This document shows positions 1 through 12,900 of a stretch of 64,000 bases of DNA, piece after piece. How positions within the stretch are numbered: position 1 is the first letter of the stretch; every line of letters starts with the position of its first letter. A program made the translations under genes and the position numbers. A model generated the notes under the pieces. It was not told the origin of the DNA and made no database searches. It was given only the letters and a program-made list of their open reading frames with translations. The DNA comes from Podarcis tiliguerta (Eukaryota). The stretch lies in the NCBI GenBank assembly GCA_965153285.1, contig OZ229110.1; one strand, written 5' to 3'.

Positions 1-95
1 TAGCTGAAGAGTGAAAATTCTTACCGCCTTGCTACAAGCATCCTAAAGAAAACTGACCATTTTGTACACAATAGGTAAAGTCTTAAGGGTATCAT

Positions 96-231
96 CGGTG
101 CTTTAAAAAAAGAAAAGAAAAAAGGCATTGGTACTCACCCTCAAGATGCTACAGTAAGTGCCATGCTTTTAACATTTGCGATGTGTGTGTTGGTATTATG
201 TACCCTTGAGTACCCCCAGAGAAAACCACTG
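96..231. mobile_element. Degraded hAT-type MITE, resembles the 56632 element
   Basis: Ends CGGTGCTTT...AAAACCACTG and a subterminal GAGTACCCC motif shared with 56632-56775; TSD not clean. Confidence 0.4.
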
Positions 232-547
232 GTATCTTAGGGTGGTTTTGTTTTTGTTTTGCATGCATTACTGAATGCAATGTGTACCCCCCCCCCATGC
301 ACCAATGCTTTCAGTCCCCGATGCTTTTGGTTTCTTTGTGCTGAAACATGTTTCCACAAGCAGGTTAGACAGTGTACAAGCCTTGCATGCAGAAGGTCTA
401 GATCCAGTCTCTAGGATCAGACTAAAGCAGAATAGCCTGCTGGAAGTTCTGGAGAGCTGCTGCCAGAGTAGACCACACTGGGATAGATGGATTTTATTTT
501 TAAAATAAAAGCTTATTCCATACAATTTTGGTGAGAGTTTCTTTATA

Positions 548-765
548 CAGTGGTACCTCGAGTTACAGACGCTTCAGGTTACAGACTCCACTAACCCAGA
601 AATAGTACCTCGGGTTAAGAACTTTGCTTCAGGATGAGAACAGAAATCGCAGCACGGCAGCAGCAGGAGGCCCCATTAGCTAAAGTGGTGCGTCAGGTTA
701 AGAACAGTTTCAGGTTAAGAACAGACCTCCAGAAAGAATTAAGTTCTTAACCCGAGGTACCACTG
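548..765. mobile_element. Tc1/mariner (Tigger/pogo-like) MITE, family A
   Basis: TIR CAGTGGTACCTCG...CGAGGTACCACTG with TA on both sides; three more copies in the window. Confidence 0.9.
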
Positions 766-2733
766 TATTCTTGTATAACACATCCTATTTAACATGAATT
801 AGACTGATAAAATTTCCTTTTTTTTTTAATGGGGGGGGGGATATGGTTTGTGAGTGGACAGGGAAAGCAATAACTTCTATCTGCCTGAAGTGGCCTTTGA
901 TTCCATACCAACAATAGGAATGTTATCAGCTTTATGTGGACAGAATTTGGCTCTCATAATTGCTCCCTTTGTCAGGTAATGGCAAGGTGAGTTTTGCTAA
1001 TGCCCTCTGACTTCATGCTTCTAAACAGAACAATAATCAAATTTATTTGTGATGTGTGTTGGGGAGAATGCAAGTACAAGGAAGCTTCCTGTGTTTGTTC
1101 CTATGTAGATGTGAGGTGCAAGTTTGTGCGAAGCAGCCTTCACTGCAAACAAACAGCAAGCTGATAAAATCAGCACATAACATAGCTCCACCTTACAGAC
1201 ACACCTGCTCATTCTCACTTGGGAGTTGCAGCCTCTGATCTTCCCACTTGACTCCAATATCTCACAATTACTTCGAGTTGCAGTTGTCCCTATGTACAGT
1301 ATGTTAACTTTGGTCCTTTGTCAACTCTTCAGACCCAGCCTCTATGTGTAGTACAATATTACAATGCACAAAATGCCCACTCTTCCATTTTTAACACCCA
1401 GGTCAAAAGACCTAGGCCAATTCTCAAGACTGCATGAAAGCTCACATAATAACTGCAGTGTAATGCAAAGTTTGAGACCTTTGCCAATGCTCTCTATTCA
1501 GTTTGTGATGTTTTCCTGAAGAACAAGTGATTACTTGTTGATGTTGTAAAACCTTTAAATGCTGGCCATAATGAAAAAGTAGTTTGCTAATCAAGGCCTA
1601 CATTTTATATAAGAATGCTGTTCTTTTTATTAGTTCGGCGTTCTCCATTATATTAGTAATAGTGCAACCTTCATTTATTTCTGTGAAACAGCAGCCTCTT
1701 TTCTTTCTACTATTTCTTTTTAAAACATGTCCCAAACAACCTAGTACAGAAAACCTACTGAGCTTGGCAGGCTTGGAAAACTTCCAGGGACTTTAATGAA
1801 ACTGAATAGGTTTTGCTCAGATAAAAATACAGAAGATACTTTTAACATTATTTGAAAGTATTCGTGACTTGGCAGGTGTTTACATTTAGCTGGCTGCTAC
1901 AGACTCCTGCTAACAAACCAGAGATGTATTAAAACTGAGAGAGCGAGATTACGTTACATGGAAAAATCCTTCAGCCTTTATACCGCTAGCTCTAAAAAGT
2001 GTCCTCTAGATATTTGAACTGTAGGTGCTCCCCATCAAAACAAAAATGTACAATTACTGAGCATATATAGATGAGCCATACAAATAAAGTTAGTGCAAGG
2101 TAAATGCAATGGGCAGGATCTAAGGTCATCTCAATGTTCACACAATGGGATTTGCCCTTGTGTTCCGCCCCGCTGCAGCACACCCCAGAGCAGATTTTGG
2201 GGGGGTGCATGGGGCTTCCGGAGGGAAAGAGCGGAAGGGGAAGTATGACTTGTACAAGTGGGAAACCGCCACTGGGTATCACCCAACATATTTAGAGAAG
2301 CAAGAATAGCTTCTGCCCAGACCAAAGGAGGATCTGGGAAGGATATCTAGAGCACAAAATAAAGTCTAGCTAGATATGTTGTGTTGCTTCAGGAGAATGT
2401 GATACCTCCTTGAATTTCTCCTCACCCCAACACATATTTTTTTTTAAAGCCTCTCAAGTAGCTACACACTGCTACAGCAGGAAATGGGTGTATCCAAGGT
2501 CTAAAAAATAAGACAGAAGCAGGAAAAGGGGAGGGAGAAAAAATAGCTCTTCAGGACCCCAGAGATTCCTATTGCCAGTATCCAAACTTATCAATCACAG
2601 CTCCAACGTCATTCATTGGTTTAAAAACAATGATAGGCAGGAGCAGCCAGGCTTTTTCATTTCACATAAATGGTTTAGAAGGGTACAAATTTTGCTTCAT
2701 GACTTTTCTCCTAGGAGGACCAGAGATGTTTAC

Positions 2734-2735
<2 letters not shown>

Positions 2736-2780
<45 letters not shown>
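2736..2780. repeat. (GAAA)n microsatellite
   Basis: Direct read. Confidence 0.95.
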
Positions 2781-2782
<2 letters not shown>

Positions 2783-4304
2783 TTGAGTCTGGGAGCCCTG
2801 CGTGGGGGACCAATGAAAGCCTTCACAGGCACCATGGCACCCATAGGTGCCAATATGGTGACCCCTGGTCTATACTGTGGTGGCAGATGGAATTGGTTTT
2901 TTGTGTGTTTTGTTTTAATGTTTATTGTTTGGGTTCTTGTAGCTTTGATCATTGTGACCTGTCCTATGATTGTTTAATGATGGGTGGGGTATATATTTTA
3001 CAAATAAGTATTAGCAAGGGAAAGGGGAGGAAATACGGAGCCTATGTTTCTTGGAAACAACCATGTTTCTCCAACGATGTGTAGTTCTGACCTTCCATAG
3101 CAACAGAGGATTATGCAATCAAATCTTTTCAGTGCAATTCAGGGCAGGCAAATACAGTATTTTAATTCAGTGTGGCTATGGCTTACAGCAGACAGAGAGT
3201 TGTGTAAGAGAGAACGTTTGTCTATAACACTTTGTCTATTAAGTCTACGTCATGAGGTTACAGAGAAAGGTCTTCTTGCAGCTGTGAAAGCCCCTTCCTC
3301 TGGAAGCCTCCAAATGTTGGCTAATTCACACACCCCTGCACCATATTTCCACCACATAATTCCACTGTGAATGCACAAAATTGCTTCCCTTTTACCATCC
3401 TAACATCCTAATTTCCAGAGAAGCGTCTCCCCACTCCAAAGGCTGTCAAGCTCAAGCAACTCCTTTTCATCAGTGTAATTGTTCCCACTGGCGAGGTCAA
3501 CTTACACTTGCAAGCTTAACTTGCTGACCTGACATTAATCCTGCATTAATTAAAAAGAAAGAAAAGAAGGGGGATAAAACATGCCAAACAGGAATAAATG
3601 GAAACTCGCCATTACATTTCATTTGCATAATTAAAGCTCCATAATCTAGAAAGTGCATAAATTATGAGACCAAGCGGAAAAAAAGAGAAGACAGACGCAC
3701 ACAAAGTAAGCAAATGCTGAAACACGACAGAACAGCTTGAGGGCAACAGGCCAAGCAGTTTTTGCACCAAAAAAGGAGAAATCTCTGGAGAGGCTTCCTG
3801 ATGGAACAGCATGCCGAATCTATAAGGCTGTTTCCCCTCCCCCCACCAATCAAGCTATATGGGGGTTACAAGCAACTCATTGATTTTGGCAGCATCACTT
3901 TTGCTGATGATGCTAGCCTAGTGTGATCAAAATGGTAATTGGCAGTCTCCACATGGCTTATAGGTGTTAAGAGATGTTGGTTCAGTGTTCTTGACACTTG
4001 TAAAACCCTCGTCCTAAAAGTACCCCATGAATAAGTGTAAACATTAGATTTGTGACCAAAAGCGTAAGGATATTTAATGCTACTATATTATAAATGAATA
4101 AAATGCCCTAGCACCCTTCAGCTCATTTCTTATTAGCAACCTGACATCATCCGTGCTTTCACATCATCATCATGTTTTCAACTGCAACCCCTATCAGCCC
4201 TGGGCAGAATTCAATTTCCCCAAAAACATTCTCCCAGAATTAGTAATCTACCATGTTTTTCTCAAACCTTGAAGTGTCTCAGAGATTCTCATATTCTGAA
4301 CTCA

Positions 4305-4646
4305 GGAAGGACCATAGCTCAATGCAGTGTTTCTCAAACTTTGGTCCCCAGCTGTTGTTGGACTACAACTCCCATCAGCCCTGACCTGCTAGCTATGGAT
4401 GATGGGAGTTGTGGTCCAGCAACAGCTGGGGACCAAAGTTTGAGAAACACTAGCTCAGAGTATCAGATGCAGAGGGAGAGCGCTGCTTTGTACTTCAGGT
4501 CTCAGATTCAACCTCTGGCATCTTCAGGTAGGGCTGGGGGGGAGAGCCCTGTGTGAGAACCCGAGGGACCTTGCCAGGCAGTGCAGAAAATACTGACCTA
4601 GATGGACCAATGGTATGATTCAGTATAAGGCAGTTTCCTATGTTCC
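4305..4646 (+). mobile_element. tRNA-derived squamate SINE interrupted by a hAT MITE
   Basis: Head GGAAGGACCATAGCTCA and tail CTAGATGGACCAATGG...TATAAGGCAGTTTCCTATGTTCC; reverse copy at 41228-41425. Confidence 0.75.
4325..4452. mobile_element. Palindromic hAT-type MITE
   Basis: Long arms CAGTGTTTCTCAAACTTTGGTCCCCAGCTGTTG mirrored at the right end; degenerate 8-bp TSD GCTCAATG/GCTCAGAG. Confidence 0.85.
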
Positions 4647-5737
4647 ATAATGCCCCAGCCTGCAAGCACATACAATACCTCTGGCTGCTCTCTGGTAAAT
4701 GGCATTAACACTGAGAATCATGTTATTGTTGGCCAGGTCAAAAAATGAAACAGCTGTCTAGCAATATAGGAGGTGCATCTTTCGGAGGTGAAGTAAGACA
4801 CGTGGCGGAGCCAGAGGTTTTACCTTGGACCTTCATACAGAAGGCAGCAATTCAAGAAGCTAGCATCCAGAAAAAACCAGCACTGATGTATATGTGGCTT
4901 TATCCTCTGAAATAATCAACCTTTGGAGCAAAGCATTCCGCAGAAAGGTGCCTTTGTCTTGCCAAAAATGGATACAAAAGGCTTGGCCTGAAGACACAGG
5001 GTGAGGCAACCTGCTGGTGCTATTGGAGGTCTAGGTTTGGTCAGTATTTGGGTGGGAAACTGCCAGTGGCACCTATGTATGCCATTTTGAGTTCCCATGT
5101 AATTAAGGTGTAATATAAACTGAATTTGCTGTTTTCTACTTGTCTCAAAGATTGGTGTGCTCTACAACAATCATGTCTCAGAGATTAAGGGGAAGAATAC
5201 AAGTATTGTTAATAAATAAATAAGAATAGGTGGAGAGCTGATAATTACCCCTTGCAAGCCTGAAAATAAGATACGTTTTATCTCTTGGTGCACCCCCTCT
5301 GCGCTTTTAAAGGCTTTAATGGGTTCCACCTATGGAATAACACTAAGAAACAGATGCAGACAAAGCAATATAAATACACCCAAGTTAATGAGTATTGTGG
5401 TCTAAATATTTAGCAATTATCAACGGGCCAGGAGGAAACTGAATGCAATTAATTAACGCTCAGTTATGAAAGCACAATAAATCAAGAGGGATGTGAGCCA
5501 GCTGGACAGATTACTTACAAAAATATTCTGTAAAAGGAATTTATATCTACTTTATTCTGCATCTTTTCATTTCCCCCCCAAAGGGAATATAAACCGTGAA
5601 AGGTACTGGCTTCATGAGTACTGTGGAAATGAAAAGAAGACAAGAAAGTGCATAATTTTATGTTTTGGTATGCCAGCTTGACAAATAAGAAATAGATGAA
5701 CTTCACAAAAATAAGAAAATGGTAGAAATGCCTGGAA

Positions 5738-5738
5738 A

Positions 5739-5771
<33 letters not shown>

Positions 5772-5785
5772 GTATAGATATATAT
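5738..5785. repeat. (AT)n microsatellite
   Basis: Direct read. Confidence 0.9.
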
Positions 5786-6050
5786 TTAACCTGATTCTAC
5801 AACTCACAATGAGCATACACATCTGTTGTATTTGTTCCTTAACAGTAAACACAGAAAAGAAAGAAGAATGAGCAGGGATCTACTTTCCATGGATGAGACG
5901 TCCACATTTATTTCCCCTCCCCCCCATAGGCATAAAAAATGGCAGTGAAGTACTCTGTGAATGAGGCGGGGGATAAGAAAAGTGCAGATATACTGGACCA
6001 GAGGTTTGTGCTTCAAAATTACACCGTTCATTTTTAAAAACAAAATGATA

Positions 6051-6693
6051 TTTATTTATAACATTTCCTTGTGTGATCTCTCTTCCTTTCCCCCCTCCTC
6101 TCTCTCTTTAAAAGATGTCAGCTTTTGAAATCAGTTTTAAAATGACGCACGGCATTACAAATGATGGCACTTCCAACCAATGTGGCGTTTCCATATTTAC
6201 ACCAACTGAAAAGAAATTTACAAGACATGATAGCATATAATCTTGACATTTAGTAACAGCAGTAAAACAAGAAGGGCATCCATATTTTTTTTCTCTGTAC
6301 AAACTATGAGAACAAGACTTTTATTCACATTTTCTTTTTCTTAAAAAAAAATTATATCTGTAATTTGTTCTGACCTACACATTTCCCAAAGCCGTTTCCC
6401 CTCAATTCTCAAACCTTTCGTCACATTGCCCACACCTTCACCAGACTATAGGAACTACAAGTAATTAGATCTAACATCTAAACAGAGCAAAAGTTCTCCC
6501 TTTCCAATTTCCTCTTCCAAATTTTCTCCCATCTTCAAAGATAATCCCCTTTAGGGGGGGAAAAAACAACCTCTTCCTTGTTTCCTTCTTTGCAATTCAC
6601 TTCCACATTTTCCCCTCAAAACAGCAAACCCATAACTCAATCGCTTTTCAAAAAAAGTTAGAAAGATATGTTTCTGTTCGTGATTTTCTAATG
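6051..6693 (-). promoter_or_regulatory. PKP4: PKP4 3' UTR with candidate AATAAA signals at 6320-6325 and 6051-6056 (further hexamers at 5907-5912 and 5551-5556)
   Basis: TTTATT on the + strand downstream of the stop in AU-rich, repeat-free sequence; actual cleavage sites unknown. Confidence 0.6.
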
Positions 6694-6942
6694 CTACACC
6701 CAAGAGTCAGGTGACCCAGGGTATTGTTCTGCTCTATAGGAAGGTCGTCTGGTGGAATAAAAGTCTACATAGTTTGTGGCTGATTTCAGTCCATACTGTG
6801 TTGTGTAATCTGTAGCAGATGGGAAGTGAACTCGGTCATCAAAATATGGGTCCTCATAGCTATGTGGAGACTGCAAATATAACCTGTATGCATCATAGTT
6901 CTTTCTGTTGGGATCATCTTGACTGTAGTACAACTGCTGATG
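6694..6942 (-). CDS. PKP4: PKP4 last coding exon ([10 protein letters not shown]...YPGSPDSWV*), class I PDZ-binding C-terminus
   Basis: caacag|CAT...GTG TAG; 83 codons including stop. Confidence 0.96.
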   Translation of the reverse strand, partial: HQQLYYSQDDPNRKNYDAYRLYLQSPHSYEDPYFDDRVHFPSATDYTTQYGLKSATNYVDFYSTRRPSYRAEQYPGSPDSWV

Positions 6943-9900
6943 CTGTTGAAAAAGCAAAAAGAAGGGAAGCAAAAATACCTCAGTTGATCTCTGTATAGTT
7001 GTAGTAGCAATTTATCCATTCACATGAACGTGAGGTGTGCGGCAACATTTTTGCACATAGAAAGAAAGCCTTTTGTAAAACCATTCTCAAAGTTCTTTAG
7101 CTTCTTTCAGACCCATATTTCCATGGGGGGATGGGGATGTGTATGTGAGTGGGGGAGGACAGGAAATAAATGTAGTAGTCTGGAAAAGGACATGGCTATC
7201 TAGGTTTCTGGCCTCAAGGAAAGGAATATACCACACTGCAACGTTTTGTTGCAGGCTCCATTGTATAATCACCAATTGTTCTACAACTAGTATGACCTAT
7301 GTTGCATGTGTAAGAGGATAAATTTCTATTTCTTGGTACAATTTTATGTTTCTGCAGTTCTGATTATGCCCAAGGTATCTTTAAGAATCTGACTTGTTCT
7401 TTTCCTATTCTGTCCTCTGAGTCTTCCCAATTCTTACAACTATTATGTCAACATCTGAACAAACTTTTAGGAGTGAAGACAGGTGTAAAGTAAAGGACTC
7501 CCAATCAAGCTGATCTGTTGTTTCCCCAGCTCTTACATCAGGGGCCCTTGCTGCTGTGGCACTTCATCAGCCTCCTCTTGGTAGAAGATACTTATACTGT
7601 TGTTTATTTTTTTGGCCTTTTTTCATTCTTCCCTAATTGCAATTCTTGTTGTGCTGTTGACTTTCTAATTTTACACCCCTAAACACTTGCACTTCTTTAA
7701 GAATGCATAATTAGTTATTCCTGGGTGAGGAAACGATTCATTTGCATTTATCACAGCACGTAATTTGCAAATGTTGCTTATAGATTTACAGTCTGAAGAT
7801 GTTTTGCATGCCACTACGGTGTAACCCTGTGTCCTTTGTTCAGTTCCTGTCTAAAACTTGTTATAGATCCTTGACACAAATATTCACTTAACATTTTTCA
7901 TTTTGCTGTATAGTTCTTTAAACAAACAAACAAACAAACAAAAAACTTCAGGAATATAACTTTGACTTCTCCATGTTTTCTTGAATTAGTTGCCCAATCC
8001 TTTGTGTTTATCTCTTAAAAATCCTAGTACAGTGGTACCTCAGGTTACAGACACTTCAGGTTACAGACTCCGCTAACCCAGAAATAGTACCTCAAGTTAA
8101 GAACTTTGCTTCTGGATGAGAACAGAAATCGTGTGGCGGCGGCGGGAGGTTACAAGTTGTACAGGCCAGTGGTGGAGAAAGGGTGATCCAAAAGGGTATA
8201 TTAAAAGGGAAATGCGGAAGGCTGTGTAGTAAACTGCAGTTTTATTTCATAGAAAATAAGAAAAAATAATATTCCAAAATAAGATTTGTATGGAATGGGA
8301 TAAGATGGAGCCTTGCTTTACTACTGCACTGCAGTTGCAGTGTTGAGAACCATAATCCAGGCACCATAGCATTCTGAGTTCATTGCCTGAAGTTAGAAAG
8401 TTACTTTAGGCAGCAGGAATCCATCAATGAAAATAGTTTAAAAGCCATTAGGTTAAAGGAAAATGCACTCTCTCCTGGTGATCAATATGGTCATTTTTTA
8501 AATTAAGATTTCAGCTTTTACCTGCAGACGCCTATTTTGGTCTCTTGCTGGTGAAGAATAGGAACTGATATAAATTGGCGAAGGCTTGCTGGACCCTGTG
8601 GGAAAACGGCAACAGAGTATTAAAAGCAATATTTGATTTGCTCAGGTGTCATGCTGGGCTGACTTTCACACTTCGGTGAAAGAGGAACAGGACTGTATGA
8701 TACATATCAATAAAGGATCCCAATATTTCCCACCTTGGGGGAAGGCTACAAGAGCAAGGTCAGGTTCTGACCACAACAACCACCTCTAGAAATAGACACC
8801 TGGATATCAGCCTTATGGAGCACATTTGACTTCAGTGGTTTATTTGGATGCATATAATTTGTGCTTCTCTCTGCTGAAACCTGACTTGCAGGTTCCACCC
8901 CCTCCTCAGACATCTCGGCTGTATAATGATGCTATGCTTCATGACAGAAGGAAGACGAAAGGAAGGAGGCAGAGAGTCCCTTAGCGAGAATTGCTTGCTG
9001 CTGAATTTGGGTTATAACCTGTGATGCAGTGAAATGTTTTTGCCAGCATTCATAAGATAAGCGTGTGTTTCTTGAAAAGTAGTATGCAATAAAATATTTT
9101 ACAGATTTAAATATGTGCTTGAATAACACTCTTTACTTTTTGATGCTATTCTATTGCTACTATGAATATAATCTGACCCTCTTTGCTTGACATGTTGTTT
9201 TTTTCTCATTCGGAACATGCTTCTTTTTTTTTTTTTTGGTAAGCAAGAAGTTTAAAAATTATGTACCAAGCTTTCATTTTCCATCTCACTGGTCCCTTAC
9301 CAGTATACATATCTTTATGTGCAATCCCATCACCTTGGCTATTGTAATACTGCATAGAAGTTTGGGTCCTATCATATTCGGAACGAGGGTCTCTAATTCC
9401 TAATAGCGCTGGTGATGAAGATGTGCTTCCAACTGGGGAAAAGAAGGTGAAAGAGAAGAAAGGAGAGGGAAAGAGACGGGGAGAGAGAAAATCAGTGCCA
9501 GACAAAAGGGTTAGGAAAAAGTAGAGGGTTCTTCGGAACTGCTTTGTAATAATAGGCTTTCGGACATGTAGGAAAAGCAGCAATAAATGTAATTCCTTAA
9601 AACATTCATATAGAATCTCTAGGAGAGCTGCAACACCTTAAAGTTGAGAGTCAATGTTCATTAGAGTGTTTGGCCAAGATTGTGGAGAGTCAGGCAATGT
9701 GTATAAATCTATTTTTTTAAGGATACAGTAGCTATATGGGCCTACTATTCTCTTCCCACCCCCTACCCCTGATATGCAGGTAGCTTCCCATTTACACTGA
9801 GGTTCCGGGCCCAAATGCACATACACAAAATCGTGTAAATTGGGAGTACCCTGGAGAGTCCTCCTGGTTTGGGAGGAGACCTACCCCAGAGCCTGAAGAG

Positions 9901-12900
9901 GAGCTTCCCCCAAGAGAGCCAGAGGGGCAAGGGGCTTTGCTCAGCTAACACGAGGGGAACCTTTTTCCTCACCATGAATTACAGTACCACAGCTTTCCAT
10001 GGAAGACCCTATCTTCTTAAATTAATACTGTTTAGGCCTGTTTGTAAATATCGTCTCTTTGTACATCACAGAGGCAGGGTGCCTAAGTGCTGTGGAGGGT
10101 GGGATATCTGGTTAAAAATGTATAGACTGTTCGTTGAACTCTGTCATACCAAAAACCAGTCTGATGGCTTCAACTATATATGAGAAGAATATGCTTGAAG
10201 TAAAAAACTGAGAATGAGCCTCCAAAGGTTTTTAAAAGGAGTGAACAAGAGCTGATCGGGGAAATTAACATCTAATCTGGCCACATACAAAGGGAAAGGT
10301 TTATTAACTGACCGGACTGAATGATAGGCGACATTTGTTGATTTGTTGTAGACAAGGAGGGATGTGACTTGAATCTGTCACGCTCAAGTGTTGACACTGG
10401 GGTAATAAAATGATTTTGATTCCAACCATCCTGTGGAACAAGAAAAAGGAGGTCATATGAAAAATGAATGACATTTCATTAGAAGAACTAGTTTAGATTT
10501 CATTGTGGAATTGCATCTTGATGAATACTAATTTTTGTACGAACAGCTTTTATGTGTTACCTTCTTGTAAATGCTGCGGAGATCACGATATTGCCATAAT
10601 GTGTTCAGCACCTGGGCTGCTGCCTTGACAACCTTCAGTGATGACCTGAGAAGTAAAAAAGTTTACATTTAGTGTACAATATTACTAGACATGCACATAC
10701 TACACAAATAGAATTGCTTCTTCTCATGAGAATTATTTTGTAGGGCTCCACAGCTTTGAGTATTATTTACCATGCTATTTAACATTTACATTAAACTACT
10801 GGGTGAAGTAATATGGGTATTTGGAGCCTGGTGTCACTGATATATTGATGACACCCAGTTTTGTTTGTTCTTTTTCTTGGATCCAGGGGTGATGGTGATC
10901 TCTCTGAATGAGTGCTCAAAACCAGTGATGTACTGGATTAGGACGAATTAGCAAATTCATTGCAGGCAAAGAGATATGTGATGATGGTGGCTCATTTAGT
11001 TGCCCAGATGGATGAAAATAAGCTTTTGGAGGGGGCTGGCTTTGCATTCCTCCCCCTAAGGATTAGGTTCACAGTCTGGGAGTACCCGTGAACTCAGCAC
11101 CATTCCTGGATGTTGAGGAAGCAGCGGCTGTGGCCTGGAATGCTTTTTAACAACAGATAGCCATGTGAAATGGGCCTGCTGCTAAAAGACATTCATACTT
11201 TGGGTATTTTTCTATATTAGATTACTGAAATGCTCTTTATTGTGGAGCTGCCCTTGAAAGCTGGCTCGGAAATGTAAAATGGTACAAAGTGTGAGTGAAC
11301 ATTTGTTAGCAGAAGTACACTTCTGATTACATTTTATACCTGCTTTAAAACCTCTATAGTTTTACCAGTTTGTATATGTGCCCAAATTCAAGGAACTCAC
11401 TACATTCTAAGAATCTTAAGGGAAGCACTTCCTTTTCTATGAGCCCGCTGAACATTAAAATGTTGAAAAGCAGAGTTGATCCTGATAAACTTGAGATTAG
11501 ATTGTTATATATGAGGCACAGGGCTTTTTTTGGGGGGGGGGTAGTGACCACCTTAAACTGTGAAATTTCTTCCCTTGATGTAATATTTTCCCTTTGTAAA
11601 GACCTATTCATTTCATTTTGTTTGGTTTTACCTAAATGCCTTGGAGCTTGGACATGGCACCATTAATTTATCTGCTGTTTTCCTTATTCTTGTAACTGTT
11701 AATAACATTTTTTAAAAATTGATAGATCAGGCCAAAGGTCTATCTAGTCCAGCAGCATCTGTGTAGGTAGATCTAATCCAGGCATAGGCAAACTCCGGCC
11801 CTCCAGATGTTTGAGACTACAATTCCCATCATCCCCAGCTAACAGGACCAGGGGTCAGGGATGGTGGGAATTGCAGTACCAAACATCTGGAGGGCCGGAG
11901 TTTGCCTAAGCCTGATCTAATCTATAAGGACACCTTAGTTTTATGACATTTCCTCTAAATTCACCAAGAATCTGGTCTAGGAATAGTTTGCAGAAATTTG
12001 CACACACACACAAATTATACATAATAAGGAAACTGGCAGGCACAGCGTGGATTTTAGAAAAATCACACGGAATAAATGCCAAGGTCTCTCCTCCCGTGCT
12101 GAACAGATTGCAACTCTATGAGGCTGGTCAGCTTATTAAGTAAGACAAGAATGCATAAATAAATACTCTTTGTGTAGACCACAAATTTTCTTAAGTTCCT
12201 CTTATCAACATATTTTTCACTTGAGACTTTCTAATGTTCTACTTGCCTGTCACCTCTTCCTTTTGTTATGTTCACCAGTTTTTCTATTCCTCCTGTGTCA
12301 GCCAGGGCTTTGGCATTCTCCATGTTTTTGCTGGTGACCTCATGCAAAGCACAGCAGATTGCTGCCACAGTTTCATCAGAGAGAATGTTTGGCCCATTGC
12401 CTCCGGGAAGGCGATTTACCAGGTCTCGCATAGCGTATTTACCTGGGGAGGAAAAGAAGCCCATACAGGAACTTTGCACTGTTCTAAGGTATTTTTAGCA
12501 TCACATAGAAAAACACACTGCGTAGAAACACAACGAGGAGACTTACAAATCCAGAAGCACTCTGGGTGTGTGGGGAGGATTATTATTATTATTTAATACA
12601 ACTTCATAAAAAAAAAAGAAATCCCTTTGCTATGCAGAGTGGCAGCAAGGTAGTGCAGTGTCATTTTTCAAATTAAAAATATATTGCCTTCTTTTGCTGG
12701 ATTAGAACAAAAAGTGATTAAAATGATTGTGGCAACATGCCAAAGTACACAGACATACACAAATCTATGTATTTATTTTAGATAAGCTTGTTTTAGCTGA
12801 GCCATTTTATAGTAAGAGAGAGAGAGAGAGAGAACACAATCAAATTAATTGCTCTGGTTTCTAGCAATCTGTGGTTTATAAAAACACAATAAATATTTCA

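Noticed and set aside
2572-3084. 170-aa ORF with KKER repeats and overlapping ORFs
   Set aside because: Kept open by the (GAAA)n microsatellite; no recognisable domain or splice structure.
6685-6696. Stop-codon readthrough extending DSWV
   Set aside because: Context is TAG CAT TAG: not the TGA-CTAG readthrough motif, and a second stop follows after one codon.
9433-10312. U12-type intron suggested by TTTTCCTAAC
   Set aside because: The donor is GTCAGT (U2 type), not GTATCCTT.
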